Positions 45,427-56,200 of a stretch of DNA of 64,000 nt are shown piece by piece; the first letter of the stretch is position 1; the number at the start of each line of letters is the position of its first letter. The position numbers and the translations under genes are program-made. The notes beneath the pieces were generated by a model, which was given only the letters and a program-made list of their open reading frames with translations, had not been told where the DNA came from and searched no databases. This DNA comes from Chlamydiota bacterium (GTDB taxonomy: Bacteria > Chlamydiota > Chlamydiia > Chlamydiales > JAAKFR01): the NCBI GenBank assembly GCA_013287335.1, contig JABDDZ010000001.1, positions 3,045 to 67,044 on the forward strand, read 5' to 3'.

Positions 45427-47940
45427 ATGACCGATTTTCGAGAAAATGAGACAGTGATTCCAAAGAATCTCGAAGAAGAGATGAAAGAGAGTTATCTCCG
45501 CTATTCGATGTCAGTGATTATCTCTCGCGCTCTTCCCGATGTCCGTGATGGGCTTAAGCCCTCTCAGAGAAGAATCCTCTATGCGATGAGGCAGCTTAAT
45601 TTGACACCGGGAGCAAAACATAGAAAGTGTGCAAAGATCTGCGGGGATACTTCTGGAGATTATCATCCCCATGGAGAATCTGTAATTTATCCAACACTTG
45701 CCAGGATGGCTCAAGATTGGCTCATGCGTTACCGCCTGGTAGATGGGCAGGGTAACTTTGGCTCAATCGACGGCGACCCTCCAGCTGCTATGCGTTATAC
45801 TGAAGCGCGCCTCACAATAAGTTCGATGTTTCTAATGGAGGATCTCGATAAAGAGACGGTGGATATGGTCTCAAACTATGATGAGACAAAAGTCGAACCG
45901 ACAGTTTTTCCGGCAAAATTTCCAAATCTTCTATGCAATGGCTCTTCGGGTATTGCAGTGGGGATGGCAACAAATATTCCCCCTCATAACCTTAATGAAT
46001 TGATTGCCTCTACTCTGCTTGTTTTGGAAAATAAAGATGTGACAATCGATGAGATTTTGAAGGTGATGCCGGGCCCCGATTTTCCAACAGGGGGCGTTAT
46101 CTGCGGCGTCTCTGGCATTAGAGAGGCTTTTCATACCGGGCGAGGAAAGCTCCTTTTGCGAGGTAAACTCCATATTGAAGAGAATCCCACAACGCCCGGA
46201 CGCGAACGGATCGTCATTGATGAGCTCCCTTATAATGCCAATAAAGCAAGACTTGTTGAGCAGATTGCCGACCTTGTCAATAACAAGGCTATCACAGGCC
46301 TTTCAGATGTGAGAGATGAATCGGATAAAGATGGGATGCGCATTGTTTTAGAGCTTAAAAGGGCTGAACTTCCCGATGTCGTGATCAACCAGCTCTATAA
46401 GTTCACTGATCTGCAGGTGACTTTTGGCTGCAATGTGCTCGCTTTAGATAAAAACCTTCCTCGGACGATGAATATCCGGCAAATCATTACAGCCTGGATC
46501 CACCATCGTATCGATGTGATTCGTAGAAGAACACGTTTTGAGCTCAATAAAGCGGAGGCAAGAGCCCATATTTTAGAGGGGTATCTAAAGGCTGTGGCTT
46601 ATCTCGATGAGGTCGTGGCAATTGTCCGCCGCAGCCCTAATAAAGACATGGCAAGAAACACTCTTTGTGAACGCTTTGATCTCTCCGAAAGGCAGGCAAA
46701 CGCTGTTTTAGATCTCCGTCTCTACCAGTTAACAGCTTTAGAGCAGGATAAGATCAACGAGGAGTACCAGGCTCTTCTTGAAAAGATTCAGCAGTTAAAG
46801 GCGATTCTTGGATCTGAGATTCTAGTCCGTGAAATTATCCGTGATGAGCTTTTAGAGATCCAAAAAAACCACAAATCTCCGAGACTTACGCAAATAGTCC
46901 AGGCCGAAGGGGAGTTTCAGGTAGAAGATCTAATTGCCAATGAGCCTGTTATCATCACCATCTCTGAAGATGACTATGTAAAACGGATGCCGATCGACCT
47001 TTTCCGCGAGCAGAGACGTGGGGGACAGGGAGTGACGGGATTCGATATCAAGCGGGAGCATGATGCTCTTAAAGGGCTTTATGTTGCGACAACGCATGAC
47101 CATCTTCTTGTCTTCACTGATCAGGGGCGCTGTTATTGGCTCAAAGTATGGCAGCTTCCGGAAGGGGAGCGACGCTCAAAGGGACGCCCTCTTGTCAATT
47201 TATTGGAAGAGATCCAACCAGAAGAGAAGATTGCAACCATTTTGCGTACTAAAGACTTTAATGAGACGGATGCAATTTTGATGGCTACCCGTAAAGGGGT
47301 AGTGAAAAAGACTCTTCTCTCTGCATTTAGTAACCCGCGTAAAAAGGGGATTCGCGCTTTAGAGATCGATGAGGGGGATGAGATGATTGCAGCCCTGCTT
47401 GTAAAGCCGAATGAGCAGGCGATGCTCTTTACTCATCATGGGATGGCAGTCCGTTTCAATGCATCTCTTGTCCGTTCGATGGGCCGGACAGCACGCGGGG
47501 TAAAGGGAGTGACTTTAAAAGAAGCGGATGATTATGTTGTAGGATGTGCGGTTGTTAGCGGAAAAGAGGAGGAGGAGGAGACGATTCTTGTCGTCTGTGA
47601 AAAAGGCTTTGGAAAAAGGTCCTCTGTCTCTGATTTTCGACAAACAAACCGTGGGGGCAAGGGAGTCCGTTCGATTATCACCTCTTCACGCAATGGAAAT
47701 GTGATTGGCGCCATGTCAATTAAGGATAAAGATGGCCTTGTGATGATGACCTCCCAAGGACAAGCGATCCGTATCAGCATGGAAGATCTCCGTGTCATGG
47801 GACGTGCCACCCAGGGTGTTAAACTTGTAAATCTTAAAGAAGATGATCTCCTCCTTGCCATCCAAAAAATTGAGGGGATTGAAGAGAAAGAACTGGAAAG
47901 CGGAGGAGAGAAAGATGCAGCTGCGCCACAAGCCCTATGA
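45427..47940 (+). CDS. gyrA: DNA gyrase subunit A
   Basis: DGLKPSQRRILYAM, GDYHPHGESVIYPTL and AAMRYTE (active-site Tyr context), plus C-terminal beta-pinwheel repeats. Confidence 0.97.
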   Translation: MTDFRENETVIPKNLEEEMKESYLRYSMSVIISRALPDVRDGLKPSQRRILYAMRQLNLTPGAKHRKCAKICGDTSGDYHPHGESVIYPTLARMAQDWLMRYRLVDGQGNFGSIDGDPPAAMRYTEARLTISSMFLMEDLDKETVDMVSNYDETKVEPTVFPAKFPNLLCNGSSGIAVGMATNIPPHNLNELIASTLLVLENKDVTIDEILKVMPGPDFPTGGVICGVSGIREAFHTGRGKLLLRGKLHIEENPTTPGRERIVIDELPYNANKARLVEQIADLVNNKAITGLSDVRDESDKDGMRIVLELKRAELPDVVINQLYKFTDLQVTFGCNVLALDKNLPRTMNIRQIITAWIHHRIDVIRRRTRFELNKAEARAHILEGYLKAVAYLDEVVAIVRRSPNKDMARNTLCERFDLSERQANAVLDLRLYQLTALEQDKINEEYQALLEKIQQLKAILGSEILVREIIRDELLEIQKNHKSPRLTQIVQAEGEFQVEDLIANEPVIITISEDDYVKRMPIDLFREQRRGGQGVTGFDIKREHDALKGLYVATTHDHLLVFTDQGRCYWLKVWQLPEGERRSKGRPLVNLLEEIQPEEKIATILRTKDFNETDAILMATRKGVVKKTLLSAFSNPRKKGIRALEIDEGDEMIAALLVKPNEQAMLFTHHGMAVRFNASLVRSMGRTARGVKGVTLKEADDYVVGCAVVSGKEEEEETILVVCEKGFGKRSSVSDFRQTNRGGKGVRSIITSSRNGNVIGAMSIKDKDGLVMMTSQGQAIRISMEDLRVMGRATQGVKLVNLKEDDLLLAIQKIEGIEEKELESGGEKDAAAPQAL

Positions 47941-48583
47941 GGGACTGTTTATCACACTAGAGGGGGGAGATGGTTGTGGAAAATCTACACTCTCCGCGCT
48001 TCTATCAAAAGAGCTTGCAAAAAAGGGGTATCCAGTTCTCAAGACAAGAGAACCTGGAGGAACCCCTCTTTCAGAGCATCTTCGCGACGTGGTCCTTAAG
48101 CCAGATCCAAACCGGCCCGTTGGAGAGAGAGCTGAGCTGCTTCTTTTTTTAGCTGCGCGTGTGCAGCATATCGATGAGGTGATTTTACCGGCCCTAAGAG
48201 ATCGTAAACTACTTATCTGCGAGAGATTCAACGATTCAACAATCGCCTACCAGGGATGTAGAAAACACGTTGGAGTCCATGTTGCCGAGCAGATTTGCGA
48301 TCTGGCTTGCAACCATCTGGTGCCTGATCTGACCCTTTTATTAGATCTTGACCCCATCATAGGGCTTCAACGTCTGTCAAAGGAAAGAAAGAATTTGGAT
48401 CGTTTAGAGCAAGAAGAGCTCCAGTTCCATATAGAGGTGCGTACAGCTTATTTGCATTTAGCAGATAAATACCCGGAACGTATTATTATTATTGATGGCT
48501 CTGCAACTCCCGAAGAGGTGTGCGCAGCTTCTCTCAAGGCTCTGGAACCCCACTTAATGTTAAAGCCCACCTCTCTCTCATGA
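47915..48583 (+). CDS. tmk: Thymidylate kinase
   Basis: LFITLEGGDGCGKST P-loop and TREPGGTPL. I chose ATG 47915 with the ggaggagag RBS; it overlaps the gyrA end by 26 nt. Confidence 0.9.
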   Translation: MQLRHKPYEGLFITLEGGDGCGKSTLSALLSKELAKKGYPVLKTREPGGTPLSEHLRDVVLKPDPNRPVGERAELLLFLAARVQHIDEVILPALRDRKLLICERFNDSTIAYQGCRKHVGVHVAEQICDLACNHLVPDLTLLLDLDPIIGLQRLSKERKNLDRLEQEELQFHIEVRTAYLHLADKYPERIIIIDGSATPEEVCAASLKALEPHLMLKPTSLS

Positions 48584-49392
48584 GCTTGCCGCCTGTTTTA
48601 GAGAGAATGATTGAGAGCGAAACAATTCCCCATGCTCTTCTTTTTACTGGAGATGCACGCATTGCAATGGCAGATGCCTTTACACAGACCCTCCTTGGAT
48701 GCGATGACAAATGGAGAGCTGATCTCCATCGCTACCATCCAGAAAAAAAGAGTGGATTGCATCCTATTTCTCACATCCGCTCTCTTATTAATGAGGTAGC
48801 TTTTTTTCCCTACGCCGGTAAATGGAAGGTCTTTATTATCTATGATGCGGAACGGATGCTTCCACCGAGCAGCAATGCTCTTTTAAAAACTCTGGAGGAG
48901 CCTACCCCAAATACTCTGCTTCTACTATTAAGCGGGCACCCAAATAACCTGCTCCCTACCATCCGCTCGCGCTGTCAGACCTATTTTTTCCAAGGAGTGC
49001 ATAAAGAGCGCTCTCTTTCGGAGCAGCTTCTTCTCCAACTTCTCTGCTCTCCTCAAAGAGAGGATTACCTCTATTTGCGCAAAGAGATCGAGAAGATCTG
49101 CCAAGAAAAAGAAAAGGGCGAGGTTACAATTGAAATGCATGAGGAGGGAATGCTTCTTTTTGCAACTATCCTTGAGTGGGCGCGGGATCTCCTTGCCCTT
49201 CTTTGCGGTTCAAACCACTTAATTCACAAGGATTTTTGCTCCCACTACGAACAGTATTTAGCTTCAAACCCTCTTCCTGATCTCTTTCACATGGAGCAAA
49301 AAGTCAAAGATGCTAGAATATCCCTCGAACGCTCTCTAAAACTCTCCACCTGCCTCGAAGCCCTTCTCCTAAAGCACGAGTCTCTTGTGTAA
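48580..49392 (+). CDS. holB: DNA polymerase III delta-prime subunit
   Basis: IPHALLFTGD, ANALLKTLEEP-like NALLKTLEEPT, and SRCQ. The start overlaps the tmk stop in an ATGA arrangement. Confidence 0.8.
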   Translation: MSLPPVLERMIESETIPHALLFTGDARIAMADAFTQTLLGCDDKWRADLHRYHPEKKSGLHPISHIRSLINEVAFFPYAGKWKVFIIYDAERMLPPSSNALLKTLEEPTPNTLLLLLSGHPNNLLPTIRSRCQTYFFQGVHKERSLSEQLLLQLLCSPQREDYLYLRKEIEKICQEKEKGEVTIEMHEEGMLLFATILEWARDLLALLCGSNHLIHKDFCSHYEQYLASNPLPDLFHMEQKVKDARISLERSLKLSTCLEALLLKHESLV

Positions 49393-49445
49393 GGAATAAA
49401 GAGTCGGGTTTGCCCGTGTGCGTGCCCGATCTTTATTCTTATGGG

Positions 49446-50519
49446 TTAGCCAAGGGTGATCTGTTTGCAAAGGTAGATATCTTGGACAAGATGAAGCATC
49501 TTAATGCCATCTTTCATGGGCCGTTGAAAGGCCTTGCGGCCGGTGATAAGACCAATGCCGCCCGCTCGTTTATTAATGATCGCAGTTTTTGCAGCCTCGG
49601 CAAAGTCATTTTTGCCCGAAGCGCCGCCTGAGTTAATCAAACCAATTCTGCCCATGTAGCTATTAATTACCTGGTAACGGCAGAGGTCAATAGGGTGGTC
49701 GGTGCAGAGATCGGTGTACATTTTCTCCGAATACTTTCCAAATTTCACAGCTTTATATCCGCCATTTAATGTAGGAAGCTTCTGTTTGACAATATCGGCG
49801 CCAATTGTTGCTCCAATGTGATCTGCCTGACCCGTTAAGTCAGCCGAAGTGTGGTAGTCACCCGTAGCAACATCAAAGGCAGGATTGCGTAGGTAGCACC
49901 AAAGGATCGTTGCCATCCCTAGGTCGTGAGCATGGGCAAAGGCCTGACTTACTTCTGTGATCTGTCTATCGCTTTCAGGAGATCCAAAATAGATGGTAGC
50001 TCCAACTGCTACGCATCCCATATCGTAGGCTTGCTTAACAGTGGCGAAGAAAATTTGATCATATTTATTTGGATAGGAGAGGAGCTCATTGTGATTTAAC
50101 TTCAAAATAAAGGGAATCTTATGAGCGTATCGTCTCGAAACTGTCCCCAAAACTCCGAGAGTGGAGGCAATCCCATTACAGCCTCCCTCGATTGCCAACT
50201 GAACCAAATTTTCTGGGTCAAAGTAATCGGGATTAGGTGCAAAAGAGGCCCCAGCAGAGTGTTCAATTCCCTGGTCTACAGGAAGAATTGAGAGATAACC
50301 TGTCTTTTTAAGGCGGCCATGGTCAAAGAGGGCTTGCAATGATCGTAAAACCCGATTACTTCTGTCGGAACAGTTAAAGATACGGTCGACCCAATTACTA
50401 TCGGGGATATGAAGCCTCTCTTTGGGGACTTTGCAACTATAAGAAAGTAGGGAATCTGCTTCGTTCCCCAGCAAGTTTTGAATCTCATCTAATGTGCTTT
50501 GTGCCTCTGAAACGACCAT
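49446..50519 (-). CDS. fbaB: Class I fructose-bisphosphate aldolase, DhnA/FbaB type
   Basis: Collinear with DhnA-family aldolases ([30 protein letters not shown]). I prefer ATG 50519 with the acggggga RBS over the GTG at 50552. Confidence 0.8.
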   Translation of the reverse strand: MVVSEAQSTLDEIQNLLGNEADSLLSYSCKVPKERLHIPDSNWVDRIFNCSDRSNRVLRSLQALFDHGRLKKTGYLSILPVDQGIEHSAGASFAPNPDYFDPENLVQLAIEGGCNGIASTLGVLGTVSRRYAHKIPFILKLNHNELLSYPNKYDQIFFATVKQAYDMGCVAVGATIYFGSPESDRQITEVSQAFAHAHDLGMATILWCYLRNPAFDVATGDYHTSADLTGQADHIGATIGADIVKQKLPTLNGGYKAVKFGKYSEKMYTDLCTDHPIDLCRYQVINSYMGRIGLINSGGASGKNDFAEAAKTAIINKRAGGIGLITGRKAFQRPMKDGIKMLHLVQDIYLCKQITLG

Positions 50520-50635
50520 ATTAATCCCCCGTTCTTTGGATTTACTTTGCACATCTGTGGATTTTTTTTACAAATAATTTTGTCTAGTTTATCATATTAA
50601 TACCAAATTAAGAAAGTAGTAGTAAATGGTATAAG

Positions 50636-51661
50636 ATGAATAAAAATGCTCTGATAGAGCTTGAAAAAGTCTCCAAGTGTTTTACTCCCGAAAAAGATGC
50701 TCTCCAAAGCATTGATCTTGAGATTTTTCCAGGGGATATCTTTGGAATTATAGGCCGAAGCGGCGCTGGGAAATCGACTCTTTTACGCTGTTTATGCGGT
50801 TTAGATGCTCCCACCTCCGGTAGAGTGTTTTTTGATGGAGAGGATCTCTCCTTGCAAGGCTCCAAAGAGCTGAGAAAAAAGAAGCAGTCGATGGGAATGG
50901 TCTTTCAACATTTCAATCTGCTCTCTTCCCGAACTGCCTTTGGCAATGTGAGCTTTCCTCTTGAAATTGCAAAAGTCCCTGATGAGGTCCGGAAAAAAAA
51001 AGTCCCCCATCTCCTCTCTCTTGTAGGTCTCAGCGGTAAGGAGAACTTCTATCCAGCAACCTTAAGTGGCGGAGAAAAACAGAGGGTTGCTATTGCAAGG
51101 GCAATAGCCAATGATCCCAAAGTCCTCTTCTGCGATGAAGCAACCTCGGCACTTGATCCTGCTAATGTAAAATCTCTTTTGGATCTATTAAAAGAACTCA
51201 AAGGAAAGCTCAATCTCACCATAGTGATCATTACTCATCAAATGGAGGTGATTAGAGAAATATGCACAAAAGTCGCTGTTCTTGAAGAGGGAAAAATAGT
51301 GGAGGAGGGGAGAGTCTCCGATCTTTTCGCCGCTCCCAAACACCCAACCACACGCCGTTTTTTACACCATTTGACCCATGACCTCCCCGATCATATCTTC
51401 GGAAATCCCAATCAAGAGCTCCTGCGTCTTTCTTTTAGAGGGGAAAAGGCCAAAAAACCTCTGATCTCTCGCCTGCTTCGTCATGCAAATATCGAAGTCA
51501 ATATTCTGGCAGGTTCTATAGATGCCCTTCAAAATGAGGTTGTTGGCCATCTTGTTGTAGAATTTGTGGGAGATGAGGCGGAAAAAGCCAAAGCCCATGA
51601 TTTTTTACAAAAAGAGAAGATCACCTATGAACGATTAACCCCCCGCGAGTTAAAAGAATGA
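50636..51661 (+). CDS. metN: Methionine ABC importer ATP-binding protein with C-terminal NIL domain
   Basis: GRSGAGKST, LSGGEKQRVAIARA and LFCDEATSALD; C-terminal NIL-type domain (NIEVNILAGSID). Confidence 0.9.
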   Translation: MNKNALIELEKVSKCFTPEKDALQSIDLEIFPGDIFGIIGRSGAGKSTLLRCLCGLDAPTSGRVFFDGEDLSLQGSKELRKKKQSMGMVFQHFNLLSSRTAFGNVSFPLEIAKVPDEVRKKKVPHLLSLVGLSGKENFYPATLSGGEKQRVAIARAIANDPKVLFCDEATSALDPANVKSLLDLLKELKGKLNLTIVIITHQMEVIREICTKVAVLEEGKIVEEGRVSDLFAAPKHPTTRRFLHHLTHDLPDHIFGNPNQELLRLSFRGEKAKKPLISRLLRHANIEVNILAGSIDALQNEVVGHLVVEFVGDEAEKAKAHDFLQKEKITYERLTPRELKE

Positions 51662-52338
51662 CTTTTCAAGAGAATTTAACCTTAACGCTCCGTCTTGTGC
51701 CTATTGAGTTTTTAAATACACTCTATATGGTCTTTGTTTCAGGATTTTTTGCTTTTTTAATAGGAGTTCCTTTGGGTGTGCTGCTCTACGCGAGCGATAA
51801 GTCAGGCTTATACCCCTCTCCCTGGATCTATAGGGGAATGGGGACAATTGTCAATATTGGTAGATCCATCCCCTTTGCAATTTTAATTGTTGCAATCATC
51901 CCATTCACAAGATGGATTGTTGGCACAAGCCTGGGTACAACTGCATCAATAGTTCCGCTCACAATTGCCGCCGCCCCTTTTATGGCGAGAGTCATTGAGG
52001 GGGCTCTTAAGGAAGTAGGTGGGGAGATGGTCGAAGCTGCTACCACAATGGGTGCAACCAAAGCATTTATCATCTCAAAGGTCCTATTTCCTGAAAGCCT
52101 CCCAACCATTGTTTCTGGTGTAACTCTTGCCTTAGTCACTCTGGTAGGCTACAGCGCTCTTGCAGGGCTTGTCGGAGGCGGAGGACTTGGAAAAATTGCT
52201 ATCCAATATGGGTACCAAAGGTTTAATGGTTTTTTAATGATCATCACACTAATCTTGATTGTCCTTCTAGTGGAGGGGATCGAATATATGGGTAATGCCC
52301 TTGTGCGATCCATAGAGAAAAAAAGAGGAAAAAGATGA
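51658..52338 (+). CDS. metI: Methionine ABC importer permease
   Basis: MetI-type permease with the EAA-loop region EAATTMGATKAFIISKVLFPESLP. ATGA overlap with metN. Confidence 0.85.
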   Translation: MTFQENLTLTLRLVPIEFLNTLYMVFVSGFFAFLIGVPLGVLLYASDKSGLYPSPWIYRGMGTIVNIGRSIPFAILIVAIIPFTRWIVGTSLGTTASIVPLTIAAAPFMARVIEGALKEVGGEMVEAATTMGATKAFIISKVLFPESLPTIVSGVTLALVTLVGYSALAGLVGGGGLGKIAIQYGYQRFNGFLMIITLILIVLLVEGIEYMGNALVRSIEKKRGKR

Positions 52339-53126
52339 AAATAAAAGTAGTTGTCTTATCTATTTTAATCGCTTCTCTCCTTATAGGTTGTCAAGAGCGT
52401 TCAAAGCCTTTAAAAATTGCTGCCACAAGCGTTCCTCATGCTGAGATGCTTGAAGTGGCAAAAGAGGAACTTTCTAAAAATGGGGTCGTTCTCAAGATTA
52501 TCATTGTTGATGACTATAATATTCCAAATCGGCTCTTATCCGAGGGGGAGGTCGATGCCAACTTTTTCCAACATACCCCCTTTTTAGAAGAACAAAAAAA
52601 ACAGTTCGGTTTCGATATCGAAGTATTAGAAAGAGTTCATCTTGAACCATTGGGGATTTATTCGAAATGCATTAAAGATCTTAAAGATCTAAAAGAAAAA
52701 GCCCTGGTTGCAATTCCCAATGATCCAACAAATGAGGCTAGAGCTCTCTTACTTCTGCAGAAAGAGGGTTTGATTGAACTAAGGCCCTCAGCAGGATTTA
52801 ATGCTACCCCTCTTGATATTCTCAGTAACCCCCTTAGATTGCGGTTTAAAGAGCTTGATGCATCCTTTCTAGCTAGAACCCTTGAGGATGTCGACATTGG
52901 AGTGATTCCCGCAAACTTTGCCTTATCAGTCTCTCTTTTCCCTTTAAAAGATGCCCTCGCTTTAGAGAGTGCGGAAAACTCCCCTTATGCAAACATTGTT
53001 GCTATTAGAAAAGGGTCCGGAAATGAAAGAAGGCTTCTTTTACTAAAACGAGAGCTCACTTCCAATAAAATGAGACAATTTATCCTTGAGCGCTACCAAG
53101 GGGAGATTTACCCCGCTTTCAATTGA
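52335..53126 (+). CDS. metQ: Methionine-binding lipoprotein (NlpA/MetQ family)
   Basis: Lipobox LLIGC; NlpA-family blocks (DANFFQHTPFLEEQ, IAIPNDPTNEARALLLL). Confidence 0.85.
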   Translation: MKIKVVVLSILIASLLIGCQERSKPLKIAATSVPHAEMLEVAKEELSKNGVVLKIIIVDDYNIPNRLLSEGEVDANFFQHTPFLEEQKKQFGFDIEVLERVHLEPLGIYSKCIKDLKDLKEKALVAIPNDPTNEARALLLLQKEGLIELRPSAGFNATPLDILSNPLRLRFKELDASFLARTLEDVDIGVIPANFALSVSLFPLKDALALESAENSPYANIVAIRKGSGNERRLLLLKRELTSNKMRQFILERYQGEIYPAFN

Positions 53127-53246
53127 ACTCAACTGATAGAAAAAAATTTAAATAAACTATGGCGCTTTTTCTTAATATTACATTAATAATTTTCAATTAT
53201 AATAAGCTCATATTCAAATAAAATATAGTTAAGACAAGGCATTATT

Positions 53247-56200
53247 ATGAGTGGCACATCCTCAGCTAGCAATGAGAACAGTAAGGTCTATGAGCTCAAG
53301 TATCGAATGGGAGATAACAGAAGCGTTATTTTTACCCTGGAGCATCCCAGTGGCCTGGATACTACTAAAAAAATTAAAGACTGTCTCTATTCAATTTGGG
53401 ATGCCGAAACACGCCGTTATCATGCAAAGGGAAAAACATTCGGCAATAGAGAAAACATTACCATCTGGGGTTTCGATGAAAATACCCAGCGGTATGTTTA
53501 CGAAAACAAAGAGGAAGGGTTAAACGAAGGAGATCTACCGGCTCCAAAATTGACAATGCATCCTACTTTTGATCAAGCATTTGCCGTGCATGAGTTTTCG
53601 CTAAAAACTCTTAATAAAGAAGAGCCCACAATCTACACCGTTATTTTCGATACGCTTTCAGCGGCTTTTTCACTTATTTTTTCTCCGGTTACACAACTTT
53701 ACAAAATTCTTTCGCACCAAATTTTCCCTAAAGGTCAGGAACCGCATGAGTTTGTTCAAAATCTTGGCTCGGCAAACCATAAAGAACTTCTCTCCCAGCT
53801 TCGTTTTTTGCAAAGCCTTTTTGAAAATGTAGATGCTGTGGCTGCAAAAGGTTCCCACATCTTAGATGATGGGGATGAAGAGATACCTCAAAAGGGAGGC
53901 TTTGCGCTTTCATCTTCCGATCTAACTTATAGAGAGTGGTTTGAATTAAATGGAAGATCATTTAAGGAATATTTTATTTCGCTTTTTGCTGACCTTTCCG
54001 CTCCCCAAAAATCGGGCCCCCCCTCTGCTGGAAGAGATAAGCTCACTCCTACGACAACACCATGCAAAAGAGTTGCTCAAATCTTAGAGGATGCGCATTC
54101 AATCGGAACGTTAATCGAAACAGCCCGTAACGCAAATAACCGCAAAGAGCGTCTCAAGGCTATTATCAAGATAGAGGAAAAATTCGAATGTCTTAAAAAA
54201 GGAGAGATCAATCGTTTAATAGTCCCCTTTGCTTTTGGCGATGGTAATAACTCTGTTTCTCATTTCCTAATTTTCGAAAGGGAATCGGGAGTTATCAAGC
54301 ATGTCACTTTCTCTTCTCCTACCTTGTCTAAAAGTACCCCTGCGGTAACAGAATATACAATTCCCTCTCTTCTTGATGGAAAGATGGATCAAGGTAAAAT
54401 AAAGGAGTTTTTTGAAAAACTACCTTCAAACATCTTTTATGGGAATTGGGGGGAAAAAATCAATCAGCACGTTACTCCGATCCACCGATTTATCACACAG
54501 TTAGTAGCTATTTCCTCTTGTAACGATCCGAAGTGCCCTGTCGATGACCAAACCGGCATTGATATATATCATCTATTCAAATCAGCTGATGATGATGGCC
54601 TAATCGATGAAAATAAATTCCAACAGACTCCCTATAAGATCATCGAATATTTCCTTTGTCCCGAAGAACAGAAGGGGCCTCATGAGAGGAATGATTTTAT
54701 TTCCCGTCTTCTGCTTACCTATGCAAGACAAGATGCTCCTCCCTATGTACCCGCTGGATATAAATTACCCCCTGTTGGAGCGGATATTAAAGAGGAATGT
54801 TATTATAAGCGGGGGCCTTACACCAAAGTTAGCCGTGACCCGATAAAGCTCCTTTACACTGTTATAAAAAATTTAGATAAAGAAAGGCCCTTAGATTTTT
54901 TAGCTTCTAAAGCTACTTTTTTAGAGGCCTATATGAATCATCTAGTAGCTCTCTTAGAAGAAAAATCTTCTACTTTCTCTTCTCGTGAGCTTGAAGCAAT
55001 CTACGTAAATCTTGGGAAATACCTTGATGAGCTGAAACACTTTTTAGGAAAAGAAGTAGGCAAAACGGCAGCTTCGCAGGTTGTAAAACCTTTTGCAGAC
55101 GCTATTAAGAAAAAACTTCCCGATCTCAAACTCACTCTGGTTCGCGAGGATGAGCAAAAGAAGAAGCTAGAGCAGCAGCCCCTGATTTTTACTGCTACAC
55201 TCGATTCAAAAATTGAGGAGGCTATTGATCCAGGCAATAATCAATCTGTAAATTTGGATGATGTCGACCCTTCGCGCGTGAGCCATGATGACTTTAATAA
55301 AGTTGCTGAGCTCGACAATTGTTTTTCTACGATCAATGCAGTAGCTGAGGAGAGTGAACTACCAACTACAGAAGAGCAACAGGATCAGGCAGAAGCGCAA
55401 GAGCTCTTTGACACTCATCTCAGAGCTGTAGTTGATAGAGCAGTCCTTGATGAAACAGCCTATAATGTTTCTCAGATATACCTCACTGGCAATACTCCAC
55501 CAGCAATAATTTCTCAAGGGTTTGCTCCGGTTCTGCATGAATTTATTCAAAAGTATAATCAAGCTGTAGGCGCATGTCCTACTCCCAAAGCTCTTCATCA
55601 ATTTCAAGTAGTTTTCCTCAAAGAGATGAATAGAAGCTTTGCACGCAACGTTGCCTCCAAATTTTTAACTGAAGAATTTCCCAAGTTTACTGACAATGAT
55701 AAGGCGTTTTTAGCAGCGCTTGAAAGCGCTCTTTCAAAAAATTACTTTAGTGATGTTAGGGAGGCTCTGGTAGCTTTACAAGTTGACTACCCCGAGCAAG
55801 CTCTCCTCATCGAGATCATAGTCCAATTTAACTATTGTTGCGACATACATACTACAGTATTACTAAAACCACTACTTATTGAAAAGCTTGCGGAACTACC
55901 TGAACTATTAATTATAAAAATACTAAAAAAACTACCAGAGGGAATGCTTGAAGAAATACCTGAAGGTGAGTCTGGGGAAATAATTAGGAAGGGGCTTGAA
56001 GAGATACTTCAAGACAGTACTCAAGAAACAACGGAAGTAATATTTAAACAAATTCCTGAGGGAATGCGTAGAGAGATCCTCTTAAAATTGCCTCCCAAAG
56101 AGGGGTATGCTATGGAGCTTGCCTCTATAGTTGTTCAAGCGATTGAAAGAAGAAAGGCCCATCAGCTTCTAACAGATTTAGACGAGGTTCTTGAGGGTTT

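Noticed and set aside
47843-47914. Upstream extensions of tmk (from 47843) and holB (from 48520) as listed in the track.
   Set aside because: The extensions lie inside the preceding genes. Internal ATGs at 47915 (ggaggagag RBS) and 48580 (ATGA coupling) give N-termini that align with the conserved P-loop and IPHALLF starts.
50553-50635. A possible SAM riboswitch or Met-box leader upstream of metNIQ.
   Set aside because: The intergenic region is only ~83-116 nt, is AT-rich, lacks the conserved paired helices of SAM-I/II elements, and is shared with the divergent aldolase promoter.
53251-53523. 90-aa track ORF (MAHPQLAMRTV...) at the start of the right-hand region.
   Set aside because: It is off-frame (+1) inside the giant 53247+ ORF, starts at a non-ATG codon, and has low-complexity Ser/Met-rich content.
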